From: Vulcanimicrobiota bacterium
GTDB taxonomy: Bacteria > Vulcanimicrobiota > Vulcanimicrobiia > Vulcanimicrobiales > Vulcanimicrobiaceae
DNA length: 64,000 nucleotides
Direction of reading: 5' to 3'
Assembly (NCBI GenBank): GCA_963795855.1
Contig: CAWCIZ010000002.1
Coordinates: forward strand, 344,342 to 408,341
Position numbers and translations under genes: made by a program. Of this stretch, positions 10,011 through 18,848 are shown piece after piece. The notes under the pieces were generated by a model, which searched no databases, was not told the origin of the DNA, and worked only from the letters and a program-made list of their open reading frames with translations. Every line of letters begins with the position of its first letter. The first letter of the stretch is position 1.

Positions 10011-11654
10011 TCATTCGGCTAGCCACAGCTTGACGAGTTTTGCAATGCTGTCCGGATTCTCCTGAGCGACGGTAGTGACGTATTCGATCATCTGTTCGCG
10101 AGTAAGGTCGGCGGCCGAACGAATCGGTGCTGCGATGCCGGGAGCGCCGTCCAGCATCGGATGCTCTTCGAACGGCGGCAGTTCTTCGGCGAGCGTCGAA
10201 TCGAAGGACGGCAATTCCATCGCGGGCTTGAACGAACTTCCGCGGCGTCTGCGCATCGCGAACAATCCAAGTCCGCCGACTGCGCCGAGAAGCAATATCG
10301 CGATGACGGCGGCGAGCGGGATGCCGAGCACCGTTCCGGGCGTTTGCGTCGCGATTGCGCCTGGAAGGGCCGCGACGGCCGGATTGAACGGAATCGATTC
10401 GACGGAAACTTGATCGCCGGTCGAAAGATTCAGACCGGCTGCGGCAACCACGAGGTTTTGAATTTGCTGACGCATCGCGGGAGTGATCTGGTACGGCTGA
10501 CCCGGCGACTTACTCGTGGTTGCAGCGGCAGCGCTGTTCAGGACGACGGCGACGCTGGTCGAAACGACTTTCCCCGGCGCGTCGATATGTTTGCTGTTCG
10601 ACTCGGAGATGTCGTAGTTCGTCGTCGTTTCCGACTTGTTGTAGCGGCCGCCGGGGGTTTGCTGCTGCCCTTGGTACGTCGGCACGTTGGTCGTCGTGCC
10701 GGGCACGCCCGCCGCGCGAGCTGCAGCCTGCGCGCCGTTGTACGATTCGCGCTTGGATTGCGCTGAGAGCACGGTGCCTTGCGGCGCGTACGTCTTCGTT
10801 TCCGTCGTGGTGGCGTCGAAATTCATTTTCGTCGACACGCGCGCGACGGCATGACGCGGGCCGAGCGTCTGATCCAGCATCGATTGCACGCTGGCCTGCA
10901 CGGTGGCCTCATAGCGCTGTTTCGCGGCGAGTTGTTCTTGCGTAAGGTTGAGCGGATCGGGCTGACTACTGTCCGAGCCTTGCGGCGGCAGCAGCACCTG
11001 CCCGTCCTGATTCACGATGGTGACGTTTTCGGGTTTGAGCCCTTCGACGGCGTGCGAAACCAGCATCGTGATGCCCTGCACTTGCTGCGGTGAGAGCTCC
11101 ATGCCGGGTTTGGTCGTGACGGCAACCGACGCAGTCGTGGGATTCTGCGTGGTGCTGTACAGCGTTTGGTCCGGCTCCGCGATCTGCACGCGCGCTCCGT
11201 CCACCGGATCCAGACCCGCGATGGTGCGCTCGAGTTCACCTTCGACCGCGCGAGTCTTGTCGATCTTCTCTTCGAATTCGGTCATGCCGAAGTTCGTCCG
11301 GTCGAAGAGTTCGTAACCGGTCGAGCTGCCTTTGATGACGTTCGCGCCGGCGATGGCCACGCGTTCGTCGGAAATATTTTGCGCCGGAACCAAGACGGTT
11401 TTGCCGTCGGCGGAGAGCTGATACGGGACTTTGTCGTCCTTCAAGTGCTGCGTAACCGAGGCTGCGTCGCCTGCGGAAAGGTTCGAAAAGAGCGGCTCGT
11501 ATGCGGGGCGGTTGAACGCATAAAGAGCGCCCAGCGCGAGCACCGCAACCGCGAGAACGAAAAATACACCGACGGCGACATTGCGGTTGGGGCCTTCCCA
11601 CAATGTTCGAAACCGGCCGGCGAGATCGTTCCACATCACCGAGACGCGATCCAA
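10011..11654 (-). CDS. fliF: flagellar M-ring protein FliF
   Basis: 547 aa with an N-terminal TM helix, YscJ/FliF family body and a C-terminal TM helix plus FliG-binding tail. The TTG start at 11654 is preceded by AGGTGA. Confidence 0.9.
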   Translation of the reverse strand: MDRVSVMWNDLAGRFRTLWEGPNRNVAVGVFFVLAVAVLALGALYAFNRPAYEPLFSNLSAGDAASVTQHLKDDKVPYQLSADGKTVLVPAQNISDERVAIAGANVIKGSSTGYELFDRTNFGMTEFEEKIDKTRAVEGELERTIAGLDPVDGARVQIAEPDQTLYSTTQNPTTASVAVTTKPGMELSPQQVQGITMLVSHAVEGLKPENVTIVNQDGQVLLPPQGSDSSQPDPLNLTQEQLAAKQRYEATVQASVQSMLDQTLGPRHAVARVSTKMNFDATTTETKTYAPQGTVLSAQSKRESYNGAQAAARAAGVPGTTTNVPTYQGQQQTPGGRYNKSETTTNYDISESNSKHIDAPGKVVSTSVAVVLNSAAAATTSKSPGQPYQITPAMRQQIQNLVVAAAGLNLSTGDQVSVESIPFNPAVAALPGAIATQTPGTVLGIPLAAVIAILLLGAVGGLGLFAMRRRRGSSFKPAMELPSFDSTLAEELPPFEEHPMLDGAPGIAAPIRSAADLTREQMIEYVTTVAQENPDSIAKLVKLWLAE

Positions 11655-11845
11655 AACGTCACCTAACCTCTAGGCGCGGCCGACCGTGGCCAGCTTACCG
11701 AACGTCCATGTCCGGCAGCATACGAGTCCCTGCGGTCTGAACCCCAGACCGTACGGACTACTCACCTGTAGTATCGGACGTTGTCCACACCGCTTTACGA
11801 CCGGATTCTGTACTGCGGCAAACTTAACAAGGCGATGACTGCAGC

Positions 11846-13091
11846 TCATACTGCGAACTGCGAGCGCTCCGCTCCGACCGAGACGCACTCGACCGGCACC
11901 CCAAGTATCGCTTCGACGCGGCGAACGTACGCGCGCGCCGTTTCGGGGAGATCGGCGATCCGCCGCACACGCCGAGATATCTTCGCGCCAGCCTTCCATG
12001 TACTCGTGGTCGAGCTCGAGCCCGGATTGCCCGGCCGCGGCGAACGGCACCGGTTTTCCGCGCAGGCGGTATCCCGTCGCGATGCCGATGCGTTCGAAAC
12101 CCGTCAGCACGTCGAGTTTGGTGATGACTGCGGAGGTGAGCCCGTTCAGGCGCGCCGCGTACCGCGCGGCGACCGCGTCGAACCAGCCGCACCGGCGCGG
12201 ACGTCCGGTCACGACGCCGAACTCGGCACCGGCCCTGCGCAAACGCTCGCCGGTTTCGTCCTGCAATTCGGACGGAAACGGTCCACCGCCGACGCGCGTG
12301 CAATACGCCTTCACCACGCCGATGACTCGCCGAACCGCGGTCGGTCCGATGCCCAAACCGATGCAAGCGCCGCCCGCGATGGTGTGCGAGCTGGTGACGT
12401 ACGGATACGTTCCGTAGCCCACGTCGAGCAACGAGCCTTGCGCGCCTTCAACCAGAACGCGTCGGCCGCTCTCCATCGCGCCGTGCAGATAGTCGATACC
12501 GTCGACGATATGCGGCGTAATGCGTGCCGCGGCATCGAGCGTCGGTGCGATCAGTTCTTCCGCGCCTTTGAGGCGCAGTTTGTCCGCCAGCGTTTCCGGC
12601 CGCAGCAGATCGCCGAACGTGATTCCCGACCGCGCGGCCTTGTCGACGTACGCCGGGCCGATCCCGCGCCCGGTCGTGCCGATCGCTTGCGCTCCGCGCG
12701 CCCGTTCGGCGGCTTTGTCGGCGTCCGCATGATACGGAAAGACGACGTGCGCGCGATCCGAAATGCGAACGCGCGAAACATCCACGCCGAGCGCTTTGAG
12801 CGAATCCAGTTCGCGGGTCAGTCCCTGCAGACTGACGACCGTTCCGCCGCCGATGAAGAGCTCGCAGTGTTCCTGCAACACGCCCGAAGGCACGATGCGC
12901 AGCGCGAGTTTGCGCTCGCCGACGTGAATGGAATGTCCTGCGTTGTCACCGCCGCCGAACCGCGCCACTACGTCGTAATCGCGCGCGTACTGGTCGACGA
13001 TCCGGCCCTTGCCTTCGTCGCCCCACTGAATACCCACAATGATGTCAGCTTTGCCGACACCATCGTTGGGCCCCGATGTTTGAAAAGGCAC
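11846..13091 (-). pseudogene. purA: adenylosuccinate synthetase PurA, reading frame broken by one extra base as assembled
   Basis: The N-terminus has QWGDEGKGR. After ...GWREDISAC the conserved C-terminus (ADLPETARAYVRRVEAILGVPVECVSVGAERSQFAV*) continues in another frame and stops at 11846. The span is 1246 nt = 3n+1. The 473 aa track ORF is a false extension. Confidence 0.9.
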
Positions 13092-13322
13092 TACGGCTTC
13101 GGCTCCGCGCCCCCCACGCTAAAGCGTGTGCTCGCGCGAACATACCCCGTGGGCGCCCTAAACAAGTATGAGTTGCTACTCATTTAAAAGGCGCTCCGCC
13201 CTAGGCTGCGCGCCCCCCACGCTAAAGCGTGGGGCCCCCACGACCACACGGCGCCTCAATATCGTGCTCGCGTAAAGATGCCCCGTGGGCGCCCTAGAAC
13301 AAGTATGAGTAGCTGCTTATTC
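13081..13322. repeat. structured intergenic repeat, locus B (deleted copy 13081-13182 plus full unit 13183-13322, in tandem)
   Basis: Direct tandem duplication seen by eye. Hairpins lie at 13190-13214 and 13215-13234. The first copy lacks 31 nt, bounded by a cgtg direct repeat. Confidence 0.85.
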
Positions 13323-14629
13323 ATTCATGAACTCGAGATCCGATGTATCGCCCATCGGAATCTGCGGCACTCCTTCGAACGACGTCATCACGAATTCGCT
13401 GAAAAGCGCGTTCGGCCAGCCGAAGTCGGGGCGCGTGTAGCGCTTCGGATCGTTCGGATCGAACGATTCGTGCAGCAGGTGATCGCCCGGATCGCTGGCG
13501 AGCAGTTGGTTCAGCACGTCTTGTTTTTCGGTCCGCGGAGGATGCCGTCAGTCCCTCCATCACCATCGCGAGCGGCCATACCCAATGCTCCGGCGTGTGC
13601 CAGCTGCCGATGCCGCGGGCGACCGTGCCGGTATAATACGACGGATTGTCCTGCGAGAGTAAAAATGCTCGCGTGTTCAGATAGTAGCGATCGTTGTCCG
13701 GCAGGTAGCCGATATACGGCGCGGATAGCAGGCTGGGGACGTTGGCGTCGTCGGTCAGAATCGCGTGGCCGAGACCGTCGACTTCGTACGCGTAGATGTA
13801 GCCGTACTTCGATACGGGCACCATGCCGTAACGCTGAATGCCCCGCTGCACTTCGTCGCGCAGCGATTGCGCTTCGTGCGCTTTGATGAGATTGTGATAG
13901 ACTTCGCGCTCGATTTGCGCCATGTCGCCGAGCGCGACGACCGCGAACATCTCGGACGGAATGGAATAGTTGTAAAAGCACGCGTCGTCCGACGGACGAA
14001 AACCCGTCCAGATCATGCCGGTATATCCGACCGGGCTTCCGCGCCCGTCGTTCGGGAGTTCTTTGTGCGTATAGCGCGAGTTGCGCGGATGGTCTTGCTC
14101 GCGCTCCATCGTGGCGAGGATTGCGTCGAACGCTTTGGATTCATCGGGCGTAAAGACGGAAGCATCGCCGGTGACGTGCCAATAACTCCACGCCAGCGTT
14201 ACCGGATACGCCAGCGAGTCGAGTTCGAACTTTTCCTCCCAAACGCGGTAATCGAGCGTGAAGGCGTTGGCGTACGGATCGATCTGCAGGTACTTCGCTT
14301 GGCGCGCGATGATGCCGCGCAGCAGTTCGCGGATGGTCGCGTCTTCGCGCGCGTAATAGAAATACGGCCGCACTTGCGCGCTCGAGTCGCGCAGCCATTC
14401 CGCCGGAATGTCGCCCGTTTTCACATAAGCGGTTCCGTCGGGCGCTGAGGACCGCCAGTTTGGTCGTATCCAGCAGCGCCGCGCGGAACATTTCCTGCAA
14501 GTGCAGGTTCGAACTTTGGTAGTCGGCGGCGGCCTGCTGGATCGACTGCAATTCGAGCGCTCCGGCAGGCGAGCGGAACGCAAAACAGCAGGGCGAGCAG
14601 GCGGCAAACAAGTGCTTGAACGACTTCAT
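13317..14629 (-). pseudogene. glycoside hydrolase family 125 (DUF1237, exo-alpha-1,6-mannosidase-like), two frame breaks as assembled
   Basis: Three collinear pieces lie in three frames. Piece 1 is the signal-peptide N-terminus MKSFKHLFAAC...LDTTKLAVLSA. Piece 2 is the core DGTAYVKTGDIPAEWLRDSSAQ...HWVWPLAMVMEGLT. Piece 3 is the C-terminus EKQDVLNQLLASDPGDHLLHESF...GWPNALFSEF. The span is 1313 nt = 3n+2. The ATG at 14629 overlaps the hpt stop (ATGA). Confidence 0.8.
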
Positions 14630-15139
14630 TGTGGCCAACTTCCGTGGGCGTAGAGTTCAGGTAATTCACGGTAACGGCCCAGATAATCCAGGCCGTATCC
14701 GACGACGAAGACGTCGGGCATTTCAAACCCGCGGTATTTCACGTGCACGTCCGCGATGCGCCGGTGCGGGCGATCGAGCAGCGTGCAGACTTCCAGCGAG
14801 GCCGGCGCGCGCGCGCGCTAACGTTTGCGTTATATATTGAAGCGTCAGTCCGGTATCGATCGTGTCCTCTACGAGCACCACATGCCGGCCTTCGATGGAT
14901 GCGCTGGTGTCCTTGATGAACCGAATGCCGCCGGCGTCGCCGTACCGTGAGAGCGCGATGAAATCGAACTCGCAAGGTATCGGTATGGCGCGCGTCAGAT
15001 CGGCAACGAAGACGGCCGAACTGGTCAGCACGCCTACGATCATCGGATTTTTTCCGGCATAGTCGGAGGTGATGGCGGCGCCGATCTCGCGCACGCGCGC
15101 CGCAATCGCCGCTTCGTCGAACAGGCGCTGCGCGATCAC
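14626..15139 (-). pseudogene. hpt: hypoxanthine phosphoribosyltransferase, frame broken inside a (GC)n run as assembled
   Basis: The PRPP motif HVVLVEDTIDTGLTL is in one frame. The conserved C-terminus PASLEVCTLLDRPHRRIADVHVKYRGFEMPDVFVVGYGLDYLGRYRELPELY is in another. The span is 514 nt = 3n+1. Confidence 0.85.
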
Positions 15140-15476
15140 GACGGCGAGCCGGCCTGGTCGAAAAAATTCGCTGTACGTCGTGCCGCGTGAAGAATTTGAT
15201 CGCAAGGTCGGGGAACGACTTGACGCAGCAGGCGCACCTTGCGATTTTTGCGCGACTGCAGGTGCGGGCTGTGCACGGTCATTTCGACAAACAGATCGTA
15301 CTGAGGAAGATAGAAATCCGGCGTAAACCACTCGACGGCGTTTCCGCACTCGTCACGCGAAATCGGGAAGGAGCAGGGCTCGTAATGCCAGTCGACTTGA
15401 TAGAAATCCAAGAGTCGAGCGAATTCCGCTTCGCTGCGATGCGCAAACCGCGGTGTTGCATTCCACGGGCGAACAT
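15136..15476 (-). CDS. small hypothetical protein with PD-(D/E)xK / TnsA-N-like nuclease-fold motifs; start and internal frame uncertain
   Basis: The segment SEAEFARLLDFYQVDWHYEP...WFTPDFYLPQYDLFVEMT lies in the frame of track ORF 15136..15822. There is no canonical start nearby. The stop TGA overlaps the hpt GTG (GTGA). Confidence 0.35.
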
Positions 15477-15505
15477 CTACGACGCGCGCGTTCCCGAATC
15501 TGCCT

Positions 15506-16614
15506 TTAGCGCGGCAAGCAGGCCTCGAACCGGGCGCCGCCCAGCGGTGACTCGCGCGCGCGAATCGGCGCCGCCGGCACGTTCGACGATCATTTTGACG
15601 ATTGCGAGTCCGATGCCGGTGCCCGGGCCGAACCGCGTTCTGGGGCTGCGCACTCGCAAGGCGAAGATCGACTCGCGTTCGCCGGCGCGATGCCGGGGCC
15701 ATCGTCGTCGACGGTGATGATCGCCGTCGGCCTCGCGCACGCCGACGAAGCACCCGACCGTTCCGCCGGCCGCGCCGTATTTGATCGCATTTTCGAGCAG
15801 ATTCACGATCAGCTGCAGACAAGCATCGGCATCGATGGCGACGCGAACGTCGGCGTATGGGAGCGCACGCTGACGGTCACGGACGCCGCGGCGCGCGCGG
15901 GCGGCCGAACCACTTCGAAGTGGCCTGCACTGCATCCGCGAAGTCGCAGATCGCACTGCTGCATTGCAAGCGTATCGACGGAGAGATCGAAGAGCGAAAA
16001 TTCGAACATGCCGTCGAGCAGGCGTCCCATGCGCAGCGCTTCCCGGCGCGCTGTTTCAAGGAAGCGCGAGCGGTTCTGTCCGTCGGTCTCTTCGTCGAGC
16101 AGCGTTTCGAGATAGCCGCGGATCGACGTCAGCGGCGTGCGCAGCTCGTGGCCGATCGCGGAAAAGAATTCGTACCGCTCGCGATCGCGCGCCCCGCGTT
16201 CGAGCGCGGCGGCGATATCGCCATTCAAATCATTCGTTGCGCGAACGAGCAGCGTCCAGCCGTTTTCGACGGGCAATTCGGTTTCGCAGCGAAATCGCCG
16301 CGCCGATGCGCTCGAGCACCGCGCGAATGTCCATCGGAGACGGCGCCCGCGCTTCGCGCGACGGCGCGGTCATGACGATTGCGAATGCGTCGCTTCCCAC
16401 GTCGTGTCCCGTTAGATCGCCGGTGCGCAGCATGCGCGCGGATGACTCCATAAACGCGCAGTCGTGGCGCGCTCGAGCCGATGCGCGGCGCGCTTTCCAT
16501 CCCGCCACGCGATTCGCTCGAAATCGGGCAGGCGCAGCGCGAGCAGCGGCACGGGCGCACGCTCGACGGCCGCTTCGAGCGGCGCGGCAAGCGCGCGCAG
16601 AGCGAGTACGCCGA
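15506..16614 (-). pseudogene. sensor histidine kinase, heavily frame-disrupted (at least 5 frame changes)
   Basis: The HisKA H-box FFSAIGHELRTPLTSIRGYL, N-box LQLIVNLLENAIKYG, G1 ITVDDDGPGIAP, G2 GTGIGLAIVKMIVERAGG and tail IRARESPLGGARFEACLPR* are collinear but spread over all three minus frames. Confidence 0.7.
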
Positions 16615-17305
16615 TTACGCGCGCGAGAACTTGTAGCCGAAGCCATGAACCGTCTGCAGCATCGGCGGAAGGCTGCGCTTCTTCTTCGATTTTCAAGCGC
16701 ACGCGCCGCACATGCACGTCGACCGTTCGTTCGTCACCCTCGAAATCGAATCCCCAGACTTTTTCGACGAGCGTGCGCCGTGAAAGCGCGACGCCGGGGT
16801 TCGCGGCAAATGCGAGCAGCAGCGCGAATTCGCGCGGTTTGAGTTTGACGTCGTTGCCGTCGACGCGCGCTTCGCGTGCGGCTTCGTCGATTTCGAGCCG
16901 TCCGAAACTGAGCACCTTGGGAGACGGGTCGTTCGGCGTGCCCGCGCGCCGCAGAACGGCTTTCAAACGCGCGACGACCTCGCGCGGCGAAAACGGTTTG
17001 CAGATGTAGTCGTCCGCGCCTAGTTCGAAACCGACGACGCGATCGATTTCGTCGATGCGTGCCGTCAGCATCAGAATCGGGACGCCGTACTTCTCGCGGC
17101 GCAGCGTCCGTGCAACTTCCAATCCGTCGATCGCGGGCAGGCCGATGTCGAGAATGACCGCGTCGGCGCGTTCGCGGCCGGCGCGCAGTGCGGCGTTCCC
17201 GTCAGCAACGGCGATGACGTCGAAGCCGTCGCGCTCCAGATGGTGCGCGAGCAATTCTCGAATTGCCGGATCGTCTTCCGCGAGCAAAACCGTACTGGCG
17301 GGCAT
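16615..17305 (-). pseudogene. OmpR/PhoB-family response regulator, one frame break near the 3' end as assembled
   Basis: The receiver domain reads MPASTVLLAEDDPAIRELL...DIGLPAIDG. The winged helix TVDVHVRRVRLKIEEE is followed, in another frame, by MLQTVHGFGYKFSRA*. The span is 691 nt = 3n+1. Confidence 0.85.
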
Positions 17306-17437
17306 GCATCGGACAGTGCCCGAGGTTACGCGCGCGGGGACACGGGTACATGGGCGGCGTGGCAGAGCAAAAAGGAAAAAAGACCGGCGCACCGCCGGCG
17401 TCTGAGGAGTCCGGCAACATCGTTCAACTCTCGCAAG

Positions 17438-18236
17438 ATGAAGAACAGCGAGGTCCGCAAGCGCTCTGCGATTCGCGCCGCCGTTGTTTTCGAAACGATT
17501 CGGCGCGAGGGCGAGACCGAGGTCACGCGCCCGGCAATTGCGCTGGCGTTTTCCGGACTCGCGTGCGGGCTATCGATGGGCTTTTCGCTTGTCGGCACCG
17601 GACTGCTCGCGCGCGTACACCCCCGACGCCCCTTGGCGTCCCTTGTTCATCAACTTAGGGTATACGCTCGGCTTTTTGATCGTCGTGCTCGGACGTCAGC
17701 AACTCTTTACCGAGAATACGCTTACCGCGATTCTGCCGGTTCTGGACGATCCCGACAAAGCGAAAAAGACCATTCAGATGCTTCGGCTTTGGGGCATCGT
17801 GCTGCTCACCAATCTGATCGGCGCGGGCATCTTCGCTACGGTCGTCGCGCATACCGCAACGTTTGCGCCGCCGGTAAAAGCGGCGTTTCTGCAGATCGGG
17901 TTGGAGGCGCTGCGACCCTCGTTCGGAGAGATCGTGTGGCGCGGTATTCTCGCGGGATGGCTGATCGCGCTCATGGTGTGGCTGCTGCCGGCTGCGAATC
18001 CGCAGCGCGTGTGGATCGTGCTCATCATTACGTGGCTCGTCGGCGCGGCGGGATTGAGCCACATCATCGCCGGTTCCGTCGAGGCGCTGTACGCCGTTGC
18101 ATCGGGCGCGTGGCCGTGGACTCTGTACGTCACGAACTTCTTGGTTCCGGTCTTCATCGGAAATTGCATCGGCGGCGTGGGGCTGGTAGCGATTTTGAAT
18201 TACGGGCAAGTCGTGCCCGAACAAGGCGGCGACTGA
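17438..18236 (+). pseudogene. formate/nitrite transporter (FNT) family channel, one frame break as assembled
   Basis: The N-terminus MKNSEVRKRSAIRAAVVFETIRREGETEVTRPAIALAFSGLACGLSMGF is in one frame. The remainder, PWRPLFINLGYTLGFLIVVLGRQQLFTENTLT..., is in the 17484..18236 frame. The span is 799 nt = 3n+1. Confidence 0.8.
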
Positions 18237-18266
18237 GCCGGCAGTCTGCGCGAGCACCGGCAAACG

Positions 18267-18848
18267 TCATGCCCACTCCGCGTGCCATTGACGGTCTTCG
18301 AGCAGACGTAGAATCTCGCGAACGAACCTCGTTTCTCCCTGTAGACGCGCCACTGCATGGGAATTCGCAAGCTGAGCCGGCCCGGAGCGTGATTGCATGT
18401 CGCCAAAGAGGCGTTTGAGGCGGCGCTCGTGCGCGGCGAGTTCTTTGGACCGGCGCACCAACATGCGTATTGCTTGAGCGCGCGAAAGCTGCCCAAGCAA
18501 CACGAGCGCGATCTCGAGCGCGGAGGCTCCGACTTCCGTGTCGTTGATGATTGCATTCAATAGTTCGTGGAAACGATCTTCGCCTCTGCCCGTCAAGTGA
18601 TAAACGACTTTGGTTTCTGCCGGACCGCGCTTTGCTTTCGCGCTGCGCTTCCCCAAGTAGCCCTCAGCAGCGAGTCTGCCTACGAAATCGTAGATGTTGC
18701 CGTGCCCCAAATCGCGATACAAGGCCGTATGGCTTCGGACGGCGCGATCGATTGCGTAGGCGGAGAGTGGTTGACGCCTTACGAGGCCAAGCACGAGCAA
18801 TTCCCGCGCAAAAACGATGCGTTTTATCCCGTTGCGGCCGCTATCCAC
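18267..18848 (-). CDS. PadR-family transcriptional regulator
   Basis: 193 aa with an N-terminal winged helix (LLVLGLVRRQPLSAYAI...YHLTGRGE). It lies immediately downstream of, and slightly overlaps, the RND gene. Confidence 0.85.
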   Translation of the reverse strand: MDSGRNGIKRIVFARELLVLGLVRRQPLSAYAIDRAVRSHTALYRDLGHGNIYDFVGRLAAEGYLGKRSAKAKRGPAETKVVYHLTGRGEDRFHELLNAIINDTEVGASALEIALVLLGQLSRAQAIRMLVRRSKELAAHERRLKRLFGDMQSRSGPAQLANSHAVARLQGETRFVREILRLLEDRQWHAEWA

